Source of the DNA: a virus
DNA length: 64,000 bases
IMG/VR virus record: IMGVR_UViG_3300016667_000143
Strand: one strand, 5' to 3'
The position numbers were made by a program, and so were the translations under genes. The notes beneath the pieces are model-generated. The model ran no database searches and had not been told where the DNA came from. It saw only the letters and a list, made by a program, of their open reading frames with translations. Shown here one piece after another: positions 17,045 to 27,424 of the stretch (positions are counted from its first letter, which is position 1; each line of letters begins with the position of its first letter).

Positions 17045-20000
17045 ATGGCAAATAGGTACTGGGTCGGGGGTTCGGGGACATGGAACACCACCAGCACAAC
17101 TAACTGGTCTGCCTCGTCTGGCGGCGGGTCGGGCGCGTCTGTACCGACCGCTGCCGATAACGTCATTTTCGACCAAGCCGGAACTTACACCGTCACAATG
17201 ACGGGTGCGCTGACCTGTCTTGACATTACGGTGTCAGCAGGCACGGTGACGTTTGCTACGGGTACGACGCCTACACTTGCAATCAGCGGATCGATGTCGT
17301 TGTTGGCCGGGACGGTGTGGAACAGCACGGGCGCTATTACGTTTAATGCCACGACAACGGGTAAAACAGTTACCACTAACGGAGTTTCAATTTCTGGATC
17401 AGTTACATTTAATGGTGTTGGCGGGGGATGGACTCTAGGAAGTGCTTTAACGACAACATCTTCTGTTTTTGTAACAGCGGGCACATTTAGTACGTCAGCA
17501 AGCAATTATGCCATTTCATGCACATTCTTAAATTCAAGTTCTTCAAGTACGCGAACAATTAGCTTAAATAATTCAACAATTACAGTTTCTTTTAACGGAG
17601 GAGCGGCTGCGTTAAATTTTTTAACAATTACAAACCTTACATTTAACGCTGGTGCATCGCAAATAAATTTAACCGGCACAACCTCCGGCATTTCATCTGG
17701 CGGATTGACATTTTACAATGTAGCATTTACGTCTACCACAGCCGGAACAAAAATAATCATCGGCGCAAACACTTTTAACAACTTTGCTGTCACAGCACCA
17801 TCATCCGCTGGCCTAGCCACCGTCACATTTGATTCCAGACAAACCATCAATGGTACGCTGTCCACCACAGGCACAGCAGGCAACCGTCGCGTCTTTTTCT
17901 CGTCTGACACTTACGGCATAGCTCAAACGCTAACCGTCAATTCAGCACCTAGTTTGACTGACGCCGATTTCCGTGGCATCTATGTCATCGGCACTTCCGC
18001 ACCGATCAGCGGCACTCGTATCGGCAACCGAGGCGAATGCAGCGGCATCACGTTCAGCACGCCTAAGACGGTGTATTGGAATCTTGCAGGCGCACAGAAC
18101 TGGTCGGCTAACGGCTGGGCCACAACATCAACAGGCGTACCCTCAACCGACAATTTCCCGCTGCCGCAGGACACGGCTACGTTCACCAACTCAGGCTCGG
18201 TGACGGGCACGATCACGCTGGATACGGCCATTGCCTATGTGCCTAACGTCGATATGTCAGGCCGCACCAGTGCTATGACGATTGGCACATCCAACGCCAC
18301 GACGGTCTATGGCAATTGGACGAATGGATCAGGTACAGCTTTTACCGGCACCGCAGCATTGACATTTTCCGGTGGGGGCACACAAACCATCACTAGCGCA
18401 GGCAAAACATTTTCTGGCGCAATCACCGTAGACACATACGGTGGCACAGTTCAGCTTGCAGATGCTTTGAACATTGGAACCAACACGCTGACGGTTACAA
18501 ACGGCACGTTTGACACTAAAAACTTTAATGTTACTGTTGGCTCGTTGGCATCAAGTAATACTAATGTCAGAACAATTACGCTAGGCTCAAGCACCGTTAC
18601 AATAAGCGGCGCAACAGGATTAAATTTTGCAGCTTTTCTTAATTTAACTTTTAATGCTGGCACTTCGCAAATAACAGCGTCAAGTAATGGACTTACTTTT
18701 TCCGGTGGGTCAAGAACTTTTTACAATGTTACTTTTAGCGGAGCTTCAGCAGGCAGCACAGTTACTCTTACTGGAGCTTCAAATACATTTAATAATTTAT
18801 CTATTACAGGCCCAAGTTCAGCAGGTATACTGCAAATTACTTGTAGCGGCAATCAAACTATCAACGGCACGCTAACTTGTGCCGGGGCATCTGCGGTTAG
18901 ACGAATCTTTTTGCGATCAGACACAATTGGTACGCAACGCACTCTAACGGTCAACAGCATTTCTGCAACGGACTGCGACTTTCGTGACATCAACCTTGCT
19001 GGCACGGCTTCTGGAGTGTCACCAACTCGTGCAGGCGACTGCGGTGGCAACGCAGGCATCACGTTTTCGGCTGCGAAAACTGTTTATTGGAACCTTGCTG
19101 GAGCGCAAAACTGGTCAGCTACGGGCTGGTGCCCGTCATCGGGCGGTACGCCTGACATCAATCAGTTTCCGCTGGCTCAAGATACGGCTAAATTTGATGA
19201 CACCGGCAGCGTGACCGGCACGATCACCATCAATGCCGCATGGAACATCGGTACATTTGATGCGTCAGCACGAACAAGTGCAATGACGCTGACCACCAGC
19301 ACCAATACGCCGTCAGTTTACGGCGATTGGAAGTTCGGCACAGGTGTAACGTCATCAAGTACGACGGGTACGATTACGTTTTCAAAACCCGGAACCCAAA
19401 CTATTACCAGCAACGGTGTGCAGTTTGGATGCCCTGTAACAAGCAATCATCCATCTGGAACGGTACAACTTGCTGATGCGCTGTCTTTAGGGGCGACAAG
19501 AACTTTAGCAGTAGGTGGCTCAACTTTTGACGCTGTTACATATAACGTAACAACCGGAACATTTTCATGCAATACCTCCGGCAGCGTAGTAAAAATGGGG
19601 TCAGGGACTTGGACGTTATCTGGCACTGGCACTGTTTGGAATTTAGCACCAGTAACTGTTTTTGCTGGCACTTCCACCATCGTCCTATCTGATACATCAA
19701 CAACTGCTCGCACATTTAATGGCGGCGGTCTTTACTACAACAAACTGACCATCGGCGGCACGACCGGAACGTCAACGCTGACGATTACCGGGGCTAACAC
19801 ATTTGGTGAGCTTGCTTCGACCAAGACCGTAGCGCATACAATTACGTTCCCATCGTCTACCACGACAACAATCGGCAAATGGTCAGTCACCGGCACGGTA
19901 GGCAACGTAGTCACGCTTGCACCATCTACGGCAGCAACGACATATACGCTTTCAATTGCAGGCCCAGCCAACTCCGGCATCGATTACCTGTCAGTCAGCT

Positions 20001-23000
20001 ATTGTGCTGTCTCTACTACCAGCCCCGGCGAGTTCTACGTCGGAGCCAACAGCACCAACACCGCAGGCAACACCGGGGCCATCATTTTTACTGCTGCGCC
20101 TACGCCCAGAACGCTTTATTGGGTTGGCGGTACAGGAAACTGGTCTGCCACAACGTCATGGTCTACAAGCTCAGGTGGTGGGTCTGGCGCGGCTATTCCA
20201 ACGTCTCTTGATTCCGTTAATTTTGACTCTCTATCCAACGCTACGGCTTACACCGCAACGATTGATGCGGGTGTCACAATTGCTCGATGCGCTGCGTTTA
20301 CGATGGCAGGGCCGTTAACTGGCAACGTGACGTTTGCTGGTACGGTGCCTATTGCGTTTCATGGCAACGTGACTTTTGCAGCGACTGGGATTACAAGAAC
20401 GTATGCAGGAGAAATGAATGGGGCTGGCAACAGCAGTTATACGTTTACAAGCAATGGTTTAACTTTCAATTCTGGTTTTACTTGTATTGGCATTGGGTCA
20501 ACTTGGACTCTTGGCAGCGCGTTAAATATTTTTGCAAGTGCTCTAACCGTTACTTATGGAACATTTAATACTTCTGCCAGTAATTATTCTGTAACTGGCG
20601 GATATTTATCTTCGTCTTCTGTAAATGTTCGTTCTATAGTATTAAACGCTAGCGCCATTACAACAAGCGGCGCAGGAAGTCCTGTTTTATTTTCAACAAC
20701 AACAAATTTTACTTTTAACGCCGGTACTTCGACACTTTCGTCAGCTAATAGCAGTCCAGCATTTGCGGGAGGCGGATTGACGTATTATAACGTCAGTTTT
20801 ACCAGCACCGCTGCGTCAACAATTACAGTCACCGGCGCAAACACTTTTAATAACTTGACATTTACAGGTCGAACTACAGTAGGTATTACGCCTGTAACAT
20901 TCAACGCCAATCAAACTATTAGCGGCACGTTGACGTTACCCGCAGGCACTGCTGCTGCATACCGCAACTTTCTGGCTTCTGACACCATCGGCACTCAGCG
21001 CACCCTGACCGTTAATGCGTTAGCCGCAGGTGCTACGGACGTAGACTTCCGAGACATTGCGATTGCTGGTGCTGCTGCGCCGATCTCAGGTACAAGGTTC
21101 GGTGACTGCAAAGGCAATAGCGGAATTACGTTCCCCGGCGCAAAGACAGTTTATTGGAGGCTTACGGGGTCTTTTAATTGGGGAGTAGCAGGTTCCGGTT
21201 CATGGTCTGCAACGTCTGGCGGTACGTTAGACGCAACGCAATTTCCCCTTGCACAAGACACCGCCGTTTTCCCAGCGGCAACGTACCCAGCATCAGGCTC
21301 AACGATAACGATTAATGCCAACTACAACATTGGCACGATTGATATGTCGCTGCGTACAGCAAACACGATGACGCTGGATACGGGGTCAACGTCACCGCAA
21401 ATTTATGGCAATTGGGCAAACGGCACCGGAATTACAGTTTTAGGCACGGCGGGACGCATTACGTTTTGTGGGCGCGGCAGTCAAACCATTACAAGCGCCG
21501 GAAAAGATTTTCCAAAAGCCATTACCATTAATACGCCTAGTGGTTCGGTAACATTTGGCGATGCCTTTTTGTCCTCGTCTACTGCGTCAGATTCTTTTTT
21601 GTTGACATCCGGAACAATTGATGCGGCTGGGTACAATTTTACTAGCGCCGACACTGCAAATAGTAATTGCGGATTTTCTACTAGCGGAACAGCAACAAGA
21701 ACCGTTGCCGTAGGGTCTGGAACTTGGACAATTCGATGTGCAACTAATACTTGGAATATTGCGTCAAGTACAAACCTAACTGTTACCGGCACCGGAACAA
21801 TTACGTTAACGTCGGCAAGCGCAAAAACATTTGCTGGCGGCGGCGCGAACTATTCCGGCATCACGCTTAACCAAGGCGGCGCAGGCGCATTAACCATTTC
21901 CGGCAACAACACATTCAAAGACATCACCAACACTTACAGCGCGACAGGTGCAGCGACAATTTCGCTAGGCGCAACAACTACAACGCTGACGCAGTTCACC
22001 GGCACAGGTGCATCGGGTAAAGTCTTAACGCTGTCTGGTACGTCTGCGGCATCGCCAGCCACTTTGATTCTGTCCAGCGGTACGGTCACAACGCCCAACT
22101 ACCTGACTATCTCCAATGTCCGGGCATACAGCCTGTCCAGCACTTGGTACGCTGGCGCAAACTCAACGAATGCCGGATCACTAGGCTGGATCTTTGCCGC
22201 TTCTGGCGGCGTTACTTACACCGGCACGATCTCCGAGACTGCGACAGGAACGGATACAGTTTCTGCATCTTTCCTTTACTTAGGCTCTATTTCTGAGACT
22301 GCCACGGCGACGGATTCCACCACCGTCGAAGCCTCTACGTTTAACGCTGCGTTAACTGAGACTGCCACATCTGCCGACACCATCACGGTGGTGGCGTCTA
22401 CCTTTAACGCCGATTTGAGCGAAACAATCCTCAGCACGGATTCGACTGTTGGTTATATTTTGTTTTCATCCAGCGTCGATGAAACGGCTACAACTTCAGA
22501 TTCTGTGGTTGGTTATATCACCTTCCCCGGCAGTATTTCGGAAACATTAGCTGCTTCAGATTCTATTTCCGCAGTTGCCACATTTTTATCTGTTATTGCT
22601 GAATCCGGCACTGCCACCGATTCGACGGTGGGTTACACCCTGTTCCCGGCTTTCATTGCCGAGACTGCTACCAGCACTGACAGCACTGCGTCTATTCAAC
22701 TCTTTGCTTCGACCATCCTCGAAACCACCACGGCGACGGATGCCACCTCTGCACTTGCTGCATTTGGCGGAACGATCCTTGAGACTGGCACGGCTACCGA
22801 CGCTGTAAACGCTCCCGGTAGTGTTTATAACCCCAGCATTGCGGAAACTGCCACGGCAACTGACTCAACGGTCGGATATTTGCTGTTTCCGGCGACCATC
22901 GTTGAATCTGCGACTAGCACCGATCAGGCATCAGCTTTTGTAGTATTTGTGGGGGCAGTGGCGGAATCAGCCGCCGGAACGGATGAATTTAGTTCAACGC

Positions 23001-23374
23001 AGCTCTTTAGCTCAATCATTGAAGAGACTGGTGCCGCGACCGATGCCATAGCCGTGGCACCTTCTGTATTTAACGCCCCGGTAGTAGAATTGGTAACTGG
23101 GACGGATGCGCCAAGTGCATCAGCTATTTTCCCGAATTACATCGTTGAAACGATCAGCATCACGGATTCTGTAATCGGGGCATATCTTTGGACCCCGATT
23201 GATGATGACCAAACCCCGGGCTGGAACCCGGTCAATGATTCTCAGTCAGTTACTTGGTCGGCAGTCAATGACAGTCAGACAGCAAGCTGGCAGAATGTAA
23301 ACAACTCACAATCTTCTGGCTGGGTGGATGTAAACGACAGCCAGACACCGGGGTGGACCCCGGTTCTCCCATAG
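17045..23374 (+). CDS. giant tail fibre / adhesin-like protein (2109 aa)
   Basis: T/G/S/A-rich beta-solenoid-like sequence, five ~340-aa modules beginning YW, C-terminal short repeats. Confidence 0.8.
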   Translation: MANRYWVGGSGTWNTTSTTNWSASSGGGSGASVPTAADNVIFDQAGTYTVTMTGALTCLDITVSAGTVTFATGTTPTLAISGSMSLLAGTVWNSTGAITFNATTTGKTVTTNGVSISGSVTFNGVGGGWTLGSALTTTSSVFVTAGTFSTSASNYAISCTFLNSSSSSTRTISLNNSTITVSFNGGAAALNFLTITNLTFNAGASQINLTGTTSGISSGGLTFYNVAFTSTTAGTKIIIGANTFNNFAVTAPSSAGLATVTFDSRQTINGTLSTTGTAGNRRVFFSSDTYGIAQTLTVNSAPSLTDADFRGIYVIGTSAPISGTRIGNRGECSGITFSTPKTVYWNLAGAQNWSANGWATTSTGVPSTDNFPLPQDTATFTNSGSVTGTITLDTAIAYVPNVDMSGRTSAMTIGTSNATTVYGNWTNGSGTAFTGTAALTFSGGGTQTITSAGKTFSGAITVDTYGGTVQLADALNIGTNTLTVTNGTFDTKNFNVTVGSLASSNTNVRTITLGSSTVTISGATGLNFAAFLNLTFNAGTSQITASSNGLTFSGGSRTFYNVTFSGASAGSTVTLTGASNTFNNLSITGPSSAGILQITCSGNQTINGTLTCAGASAVRRIFLRSDTIGTQRTLTVNSISATDCDFRDINLAGTASGVSPTRAGDCGGNAGITFSAAKTVYWNLAGAQNWSATGWCPSSGGTPDINQFPLAQDTAKFDDTGSVTGTITINAAWNIGTFDASARTSAMTLTTSTNTPSVYGDWKFGTGVTSSSTTGTITFSKPGTQTITSNGVQFGCPVTSNHPSGTVQLADALSLGATRTLAVGGSTFDAVTYNVTTGTFSCNTSGSVVKMGSGTWTLSGTGTVWNLAPVTVFAGTSTIVLSDTSTTARTFNGGGLYYNKLTIGGTTGTSTLTITGANTFGELASTKTVAHTITFPSSTTTTIGKWSVTGTVGNVVTLAPSTAATTYTLSIAGPANSGIDYLSVSYCAVSTTSPGEFYVGANSTNTAGNTGAIIFTAAPTPRTLYWVGGTGNWSATTSWSTSSGGGSGAAIPTSLDSVNFDSLSNATAYTATIDAGVTIARCAAFTMAGPLTGNVTFAGTVPIAFHGNVTFAATGITRTYAGEMNGAGNSSYTFTSNGLTFNSGFTCIGIGSTWTLGSALNIFASALTVTYGTFNTSASNYSVTGGYLSSSSVNVRSIVLNASAITTSGAGSPVLFSTTTNFTFNAGTSTLSSANSSPAFAGGGLTYYNVSFTSTAASTITVTGANTFNNLTFTGRTTVGITPVTFNANQTISGTLTLPAGTAAAYRNFLASDTIGTQRTLTVNALAAGATDVDFRDIAIAGAAAPISGTRFGDCKGNSGITFPGAKTVYWRLTGSFNWGVAGSGSWSATSGGTLDATQFPLAQDTAVFPAATYPASGSTITINANYNIGTIDMSLRTANTMTLDTGSTSPQIYGNWANGTGITVLGTAGRITFCGRGSQTITSAGKDFPKAITINTPSGSVTFGDAFLSSSTASDSFLLTSGTIDAAGYNFTSADTANSNCGFSTSGTATRTVAVGSGTWTIRCATNTWNIASSTNLTVTGTGTITLTSASAKTFAGGGANYSGITLNQGGAGALTISGNNTFKDITNTYSATGAATISLGATTTTLTQFTGTGASGKVLTLSGTSAASPATLILSSGTVTTPNYLTISNVRAYSLSSTWYAGANSTNAGSLGWIFAASGGVTYTGTISETATGTDTVSASFLYLGSISETATATDSTTVEASTFNAALTETATSADTITVVASTFNADLSETILSTDSTVGYILFSSSVDETATTSDSVVGYITFPGSISETLAASDSISAVATFLSVIAESGTATDSTVGYTLFPAFIAETATSTDSTASIQLFASTILETTTATDATSALAAFGGTILETGTATDAVNAPGSVYNPSIAETATATDSTVGYLLFPATIVESATSTDQASAFVVFVGAVAESAAGTDEFSSTQLFSSIIEETGAATDAIAVAPSVFNAPVVELVTGTDAPSASAIFPNYIVETISITDSVIGAYLWTPIDDDQTPGWNPVNDSQSVTWSAVNDSQTASWQNVNNSQSSGWVDVNDSQTPGWTPVLP
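22228..23374 (+). repeat. coding tandem repeats: ~20-aa ETA(T/S)xTD units, then 11-aa WxxVNDSQ units
   Basis: Read from the translation: ISETATGTD, ISETATATD, IAETATSTD...; WTPIDDDQTPG WNPVNDSQSVT WSAVNDSQTAS... Confidence 0.85.
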
Positions 23375-23383
23375 GAGCATCAA

Positions 23384-24349
23384 ATGCCCACCGGATACAC
23401 TTCCCTGCTTGGTCTTGCCCTGCCTGTCACCGGGGATCTATCCGGGTTTTGGGGGGATACGGTCAACAATTCGCTGACTCAATTGGTGGATTCTGCCATC
23501 GCCGGAACCACGACTTTAAGCACGGATGCGGATGTCACTCTCAGCACCACACCGTTAGCAAGCAACACAGCAAGGCAGATGATTTTGTTATGCACCGGGA
23601 ATCGAACCTCGGTAAAGACAATCACCGCCCCGGCACAGAGCAAGATTTACATCATCATCAACGCCACCACGGCGTCTGTGGGTGGGCCTTACGGCGTTAA
23701 ATTGGTGGCTACTGGACCAACCAGCGGTGTGACCGTGAACAACGGCAAATATGCGGTTGTGGCATGGAACGGTTCAGATTTTGTTCAGGTGTCCGGCAAT
23801 GATTTAACAATGATGACTGGCACTTTGGCTGTAGCCAACGGAGGTACTGGTGTCACAACCAGCACAGGCTCCGGGGCCAATGTTCTGGCCACATCGCCGA
23901 CGCTCACGACGCCTAATATAGCGTCTATCGTTAACACCGGAACTTTGACGCTGCCGACCAGCACCGACACTCTGGTAGGCCGCGCCACGACAGATACGCT
24001 GACTAACAAACGCATCAATCCACGGGTCAGCAGCACAGCAAGTATTTCTTCGCCGCTTACGCCTAATAGCGATAATTTTGACCAGTATTGCGCCACTGCT
24101 CAGGCTGGAAGTTTAACGATCAATGCCGATTCCGGAACTCCTGCCAATGGTCAAAAACTTATTTTTAGGTTTAAAGATGACGGCACGGCTAGAACTTTAA
24201 CGTGGACAACCGCCGGGACCAATTCTTTCCGCGCATGCGGCGCTACGTTACCAACCACTACCGTGGCCTCTAAAACCATGTATGTCGGCTGTTTGTTTAA
24301 CAGCGCCAGCTCAGTATGGGATGTAGTCGCCGTCTCACTGGAGTCATAA
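23384..24349 (+). CDS. tail fibre / spike protein
   Basis: N-terminal YTSLLGLALP.TG...WGDTVN anchor-like module; LAVANGGTG fibre motif. Confidence 0.7.
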   Translation: MPTGYTSLLGLALPVTGDLSGFWGDTVNNSLTQLVDSAIAGTTTLSTDADVTLSTTPLASNTARQMILLCTGNRTSVKTITAPAQSKIYIIINATTASVGGPYGVKLVATGPTSGVTVNNGKYAVVAWNGSDFVQVSGNDLTMMTGTLAVANGGTGVTTSTGSGANVLATSPTLTTPNIASIVNTGTLTLPTSTDTLVGRATTDTLTNKRINPRVSSTASISSPLTPNSDNFDQYCATAQAGSLTINADSGTPANGQKLIFRFKDDGTARTLTWTTAGTNSFRACGATLPTTTVASKTMYVGCLFNSASSVWDVVAVSLES

Positions 24350-25492
24350 ATGGCTGACTATTATTGGGTTGGCTCCGGGGCAACCGGCACAAAAAATTGG
24401 AACAATTCAACATATTGGGCATCTTATTCAGGTGGTCCCGGCGGTGCCGGAGTTCCTAATGGCGCATCCTCAAATGCCATTTTTGATGCTAATAGCCCGG
24501 CTGACAGAGTAAAAATCAATGCCGCCAGCAGCACCGTTATCAATGACTTTGATTCGTCAGCGTGGACCGGCACTTTTTATTATGACTGGACAACAATCAA
24601 CGGGTTTTATTTAAACGGCAATATAAAAACCAATGTTAATGTTACTTGGGAAAGTGGCGGAACAGGCACAACCACCAGAACCATTTGCGCGCTTAACTGC
24701 CAAGGCTCTGGAACACAAAATATCACTACCAACGGCGCAACATTTAATGTATATCTGACCGCGAGCGGCAGTGGGCAAGTTGTTTTACTGGATAACTGGG
24801 ATTCTACGTCTACCACTGTTTTAAACAACGGCACCACTTTGTTTGTGTCCGGAGGATATTTTAGCGCCAATGGCTACAATGTTTCTTTAACGAGGGTGTC
24901 AGCTACCAGCGGTTCTTTAGTTTTGGGAAATGGCTCTTGGACAATCAGAGGGTCTTCTGCCGCTTCCAACATTTTTACGGCTTCTGGATTAACCACTTAT
25001 TCTGCCGGGACATCAACCGTAACATTCACAGGCACAAGTGCTTTAATCAATGTTTCCGGAACCAACAATCCGTCTGCTTATATTTTTTATAATTTGGTTT
25101 TAGCCGGAACTTCTTCTGGCGGCACTTATAAGATTTATGGCAGCTCTAACTTATATATCAACTACTATAGTTTATCGGTCACGACCACAGCGCCATACAC
25201 TTTAATTTTTGGGTCAGACAAAACCAACAATTACACCCATGTATTTGCTAACAATTTTTCTGCCAATGGAACCGCTGGCAATCTTATAACTCTTCAGTCC
25301 TCTGACGGGAGTTATATGTTGATGAACAACAATACGGGTTCTACCAAAACCATTTCGTATGCCAAGATAACAAACTTTTATGGCGCTGGCGGCACATGGG
25401 TTGGCGACTATTGTAATAACTTAGGCAGCAATGCCAACATTACGTTTACCAATAGCGTTGGCGGTTCTTTCATGCCTCTTTTGGTGACATAA
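24350..25492 (+). CDS. stand-alone single copy of the fibre module (putative receptor-binding protein)
   Basis: Starts MADYYWVG..., contains NAIFDANS, QNITTNG, G.W motifs shared with the modules of 17045-23374; AT-rich. Confidence 0.7.
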   Translation: MADYYWVGSGATGTKNWNNSTYWASYSGGPGGAGVPNGASSNAIFDANSPADRVKINAASSTVINDFDSSAWTGTFYYDWTTINGFYLNGNIKTNVNVTWESGGTGTTTRTICALNCQGSGTQNITTNGATFNVYLTASGSGQVVLLDNWDSTSTTVLNNGTTLFVSGGYFSANGYNVSLTRVSATSGSLVLGNGSWTIRGSSAASNIFTASGLTTYSAGTSTVTFTGTSALINVSGTNNPSAYIFYNLVLAGTSSGGTYKIYGSSNLYINYYSLSVTTTAPYTLIFGSDKTNNYTHVFANNFSANGTAGNLITLQSSDGSYMLMNNNTGSTKTISYAKITNFYGAGGTWVGDYCNNLGSNANITFTNSVGGSFMPLLVT

Positions 25493-25495
25493 GCC

Positions 25496-27424
25496 ATGAC
25501 GCTCAAAAAGATAGTTCTCAAAGCCGGAGTCAACAAAGAAAACACTCGCTATGCCAACGAGAACGGTTGGTATGAGTGCGACAAAATTCGATTCCGCCAA
25601 GGAACGCCTGAGAAGATTGGCGGATGGCAGAGGATTTCTTCCAATACATTTTTAGGTGTCTGCCGCAGTCTATGGAATTGGATCACCTTAGATGGCACGA
25701 ACCTGATTGGCGTAGGCACCAACATTAAGTTTTATGTCTCTAGTGGTGGTACCTACTACGATATAACACCCATCGTTAGCACGGTGGCATTAACTTTAAA
25801 TCCGCTTTCTACGACCAATGGATCTCCCACCGTCAATGTCTATGCGCCATCTCATGGCGCTCAAACCGGGGACTATGTGATCCTTCCCTCTACGGGAAGC
25901 GTCACAATTGGTGGTTTAACCCTTAGCGGCGAATACGTTGTCACGGCGGTGGACGCCAACAACTACACCATTACGGCAAGTTCTAATGCCACCTCCACGG
26001 TTGCGGCAGGTGGCGGATCGTTTTCTGTAGCCTATGAGTTGCCGGTGGCCCCGGCGGTTCAACAGCCTGTTTCAGGCTGGGGTGGTGGTGGCTGGGGCGG
26101 AGTGACAGCAGGTTTGGCAAATACTGGCTGGGGATATGGCACTACCTCAACGACCGTAACCACGATCAGGCTGTGGAGCCAAACAAACTTCGGGCAGGAT
26201 TTAATCTTTGGGCCTCGCGGCGGAGACATATATTACTGGGATGCCAACTTAGGGTACACCTCCCGGGCAGTGAGCCTGTCATCTTTGGGAGATGCGGGAA
26301 CTCCAACGCTCCAGAACTACATTCTTGTATCGGATACCAGCCGATTTGTGTTCGCTTTCGGGGCGAATCCTTATGATGCTGACACCGGCACTCTAGGCGC
26401 TCAAAACCCCATGTTGATCCGTTGGTCTGGTCAGGAAGATGCCCAGACATGGATTCCTGCGGCAACCAATCAAGCGGGTGATTTAACCCTATCCCACGGC
26501 TCTCAGATCATCACTGCCATCCAGACCCGGCAGGAGATCGTGGTGTTTACCGACTCCTCTGTTTACTCGCTTCAGTATCTTGGCCCGCCAGTTGTATGGG
26601 GCAGTCAATTACTTGGTGACAACATCTCGATTCAGAGCGAGAACGCCGTGGCGTTAGCATCCGGCGTGGTCTACTGGATGGGTGTGGATAAGTTTTATGC
26701 CTATGATGGCCGGGTACAGACCCTGAACTGCGATCTCAGGAAGTTTGTGTTTAGCGACCTGAATCAAGGTCAAAATGAACAAATCTTTGCCGGGACCAAC
26801 GAAGGATTTAACGAGGTCTGGTGGTTCTATTGTTCTATTACCGGCCCTGATGGAACCGGAACGGTCAACAACCCTAACACCACCATTGATCGGTATGTGG
26901 TCTACAACTACATCGAGAAGTGCTGGTATTACGGGACCATCGCCCGGACAGCATGGCTAGATTCCGGTCTTCTGCCCAATCCTATTGCTGCAACGTATAA
27001 CAACAACATCGTTTACCATGAATATGGATTAAACGATTACGAGACTGCCACGCCCGCGCCGATCTATTCCTATATCGCTTCGTCTGAGTTTGACATTGAT
27101 GATGGCGATAAGTTTGGGTTTGTCTGGAGGATGTTGCCTGACATCACCTTCTCCGGCTCCACGGCTGAGAATCCGGTGGCAACACTCACGCTCATCCCGA
27201 TGCAGAACTCCGGCTCTGGGTATAACTCACCACGTTCAGTCGGCGGATCGGACAACGCTCAAGTTGTCCGCACGGCAACAGTCCCGATTGAAAAGTTCAC
27301 CGGTCAGGTGTATGTCAGAGTCCGTGGCAGGCAGATGATCCTGAAGGTCGAGAACGAACAACTTGACACAGCATGGCAGTTGGGCTTCCCGCGAATTGAC
27401 ATCCGGCAGGACGGCAGGCGATGA
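25496..27424 (+). CDS. tail stabilisation protein (P22 gp10 / T7 gp12-like beta-propeller)
   Basis: 642 aa; beta-propeller-like motifs (IRWSGQED, IVVFTDSSVYSLQY, VYWMG, EVWWFY) directly before ejection genes. Confidence 0.7.
   Translation: MTLKKIVLKAGVNKENTRYANENGWYECDKIRFRQGTPEKIGGWQRISSNTFLGVCRSLWNWITLDGTNLIGVGTNIKFYVSSGGTYYDITPIVSTVALTLNPLSTTNGSPTVNVYAPSHGAQTGDYVILPSTGSVTIGGLTLSGEYVVTAVDANNYTITASSNATSTVAAGGGSFSVAYELPVAPAVQQPVSGWGGGGWGGVTAGLANTGWGYGTTSTTVTTIRLWSQTNFGQDLIFGPRGGDIYYWDANLGYTSRAVSLSSLGDAGTPTLQNYILVSDTSRFVFAFGANPYDADTGTLGAQNPMLIRWSGQEDAQTWIPAATNQAGDLTLSHGSQIITAIQTRQEIVVFTDSSVYSLQYLGPPVVWGSQLLGDNISIQSENAVALASGVVYWMGVDKFYAYDGRVQTLNCDLRKFVFSDLNQGQNEQIFAGTNEGFNEVWWFYCSITGPDGTGTVNNPNTTIDRYVVYNYIEKCWYYGTIARTAWLDSGLLPNPIAATYNNNIVYHEYGLNDYETATPAPIYSYIASSEFDIDDGDKFGFVWRMLPDITFSGSTAENPVATLTLIPMQNSGSGYNSPRSVGGSDNAQVVRTATVPIEKFTGQVYVRVRGRQMILKVENEQLDTAWQLGFPRIDIRQDGRR

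Noticed and set aside
17045-25492. Diversity-generating retroelement acting on the fibre
   Set aside because: No reverse transcriptase and no near-identical TR/VR pair differing at adenines was seen
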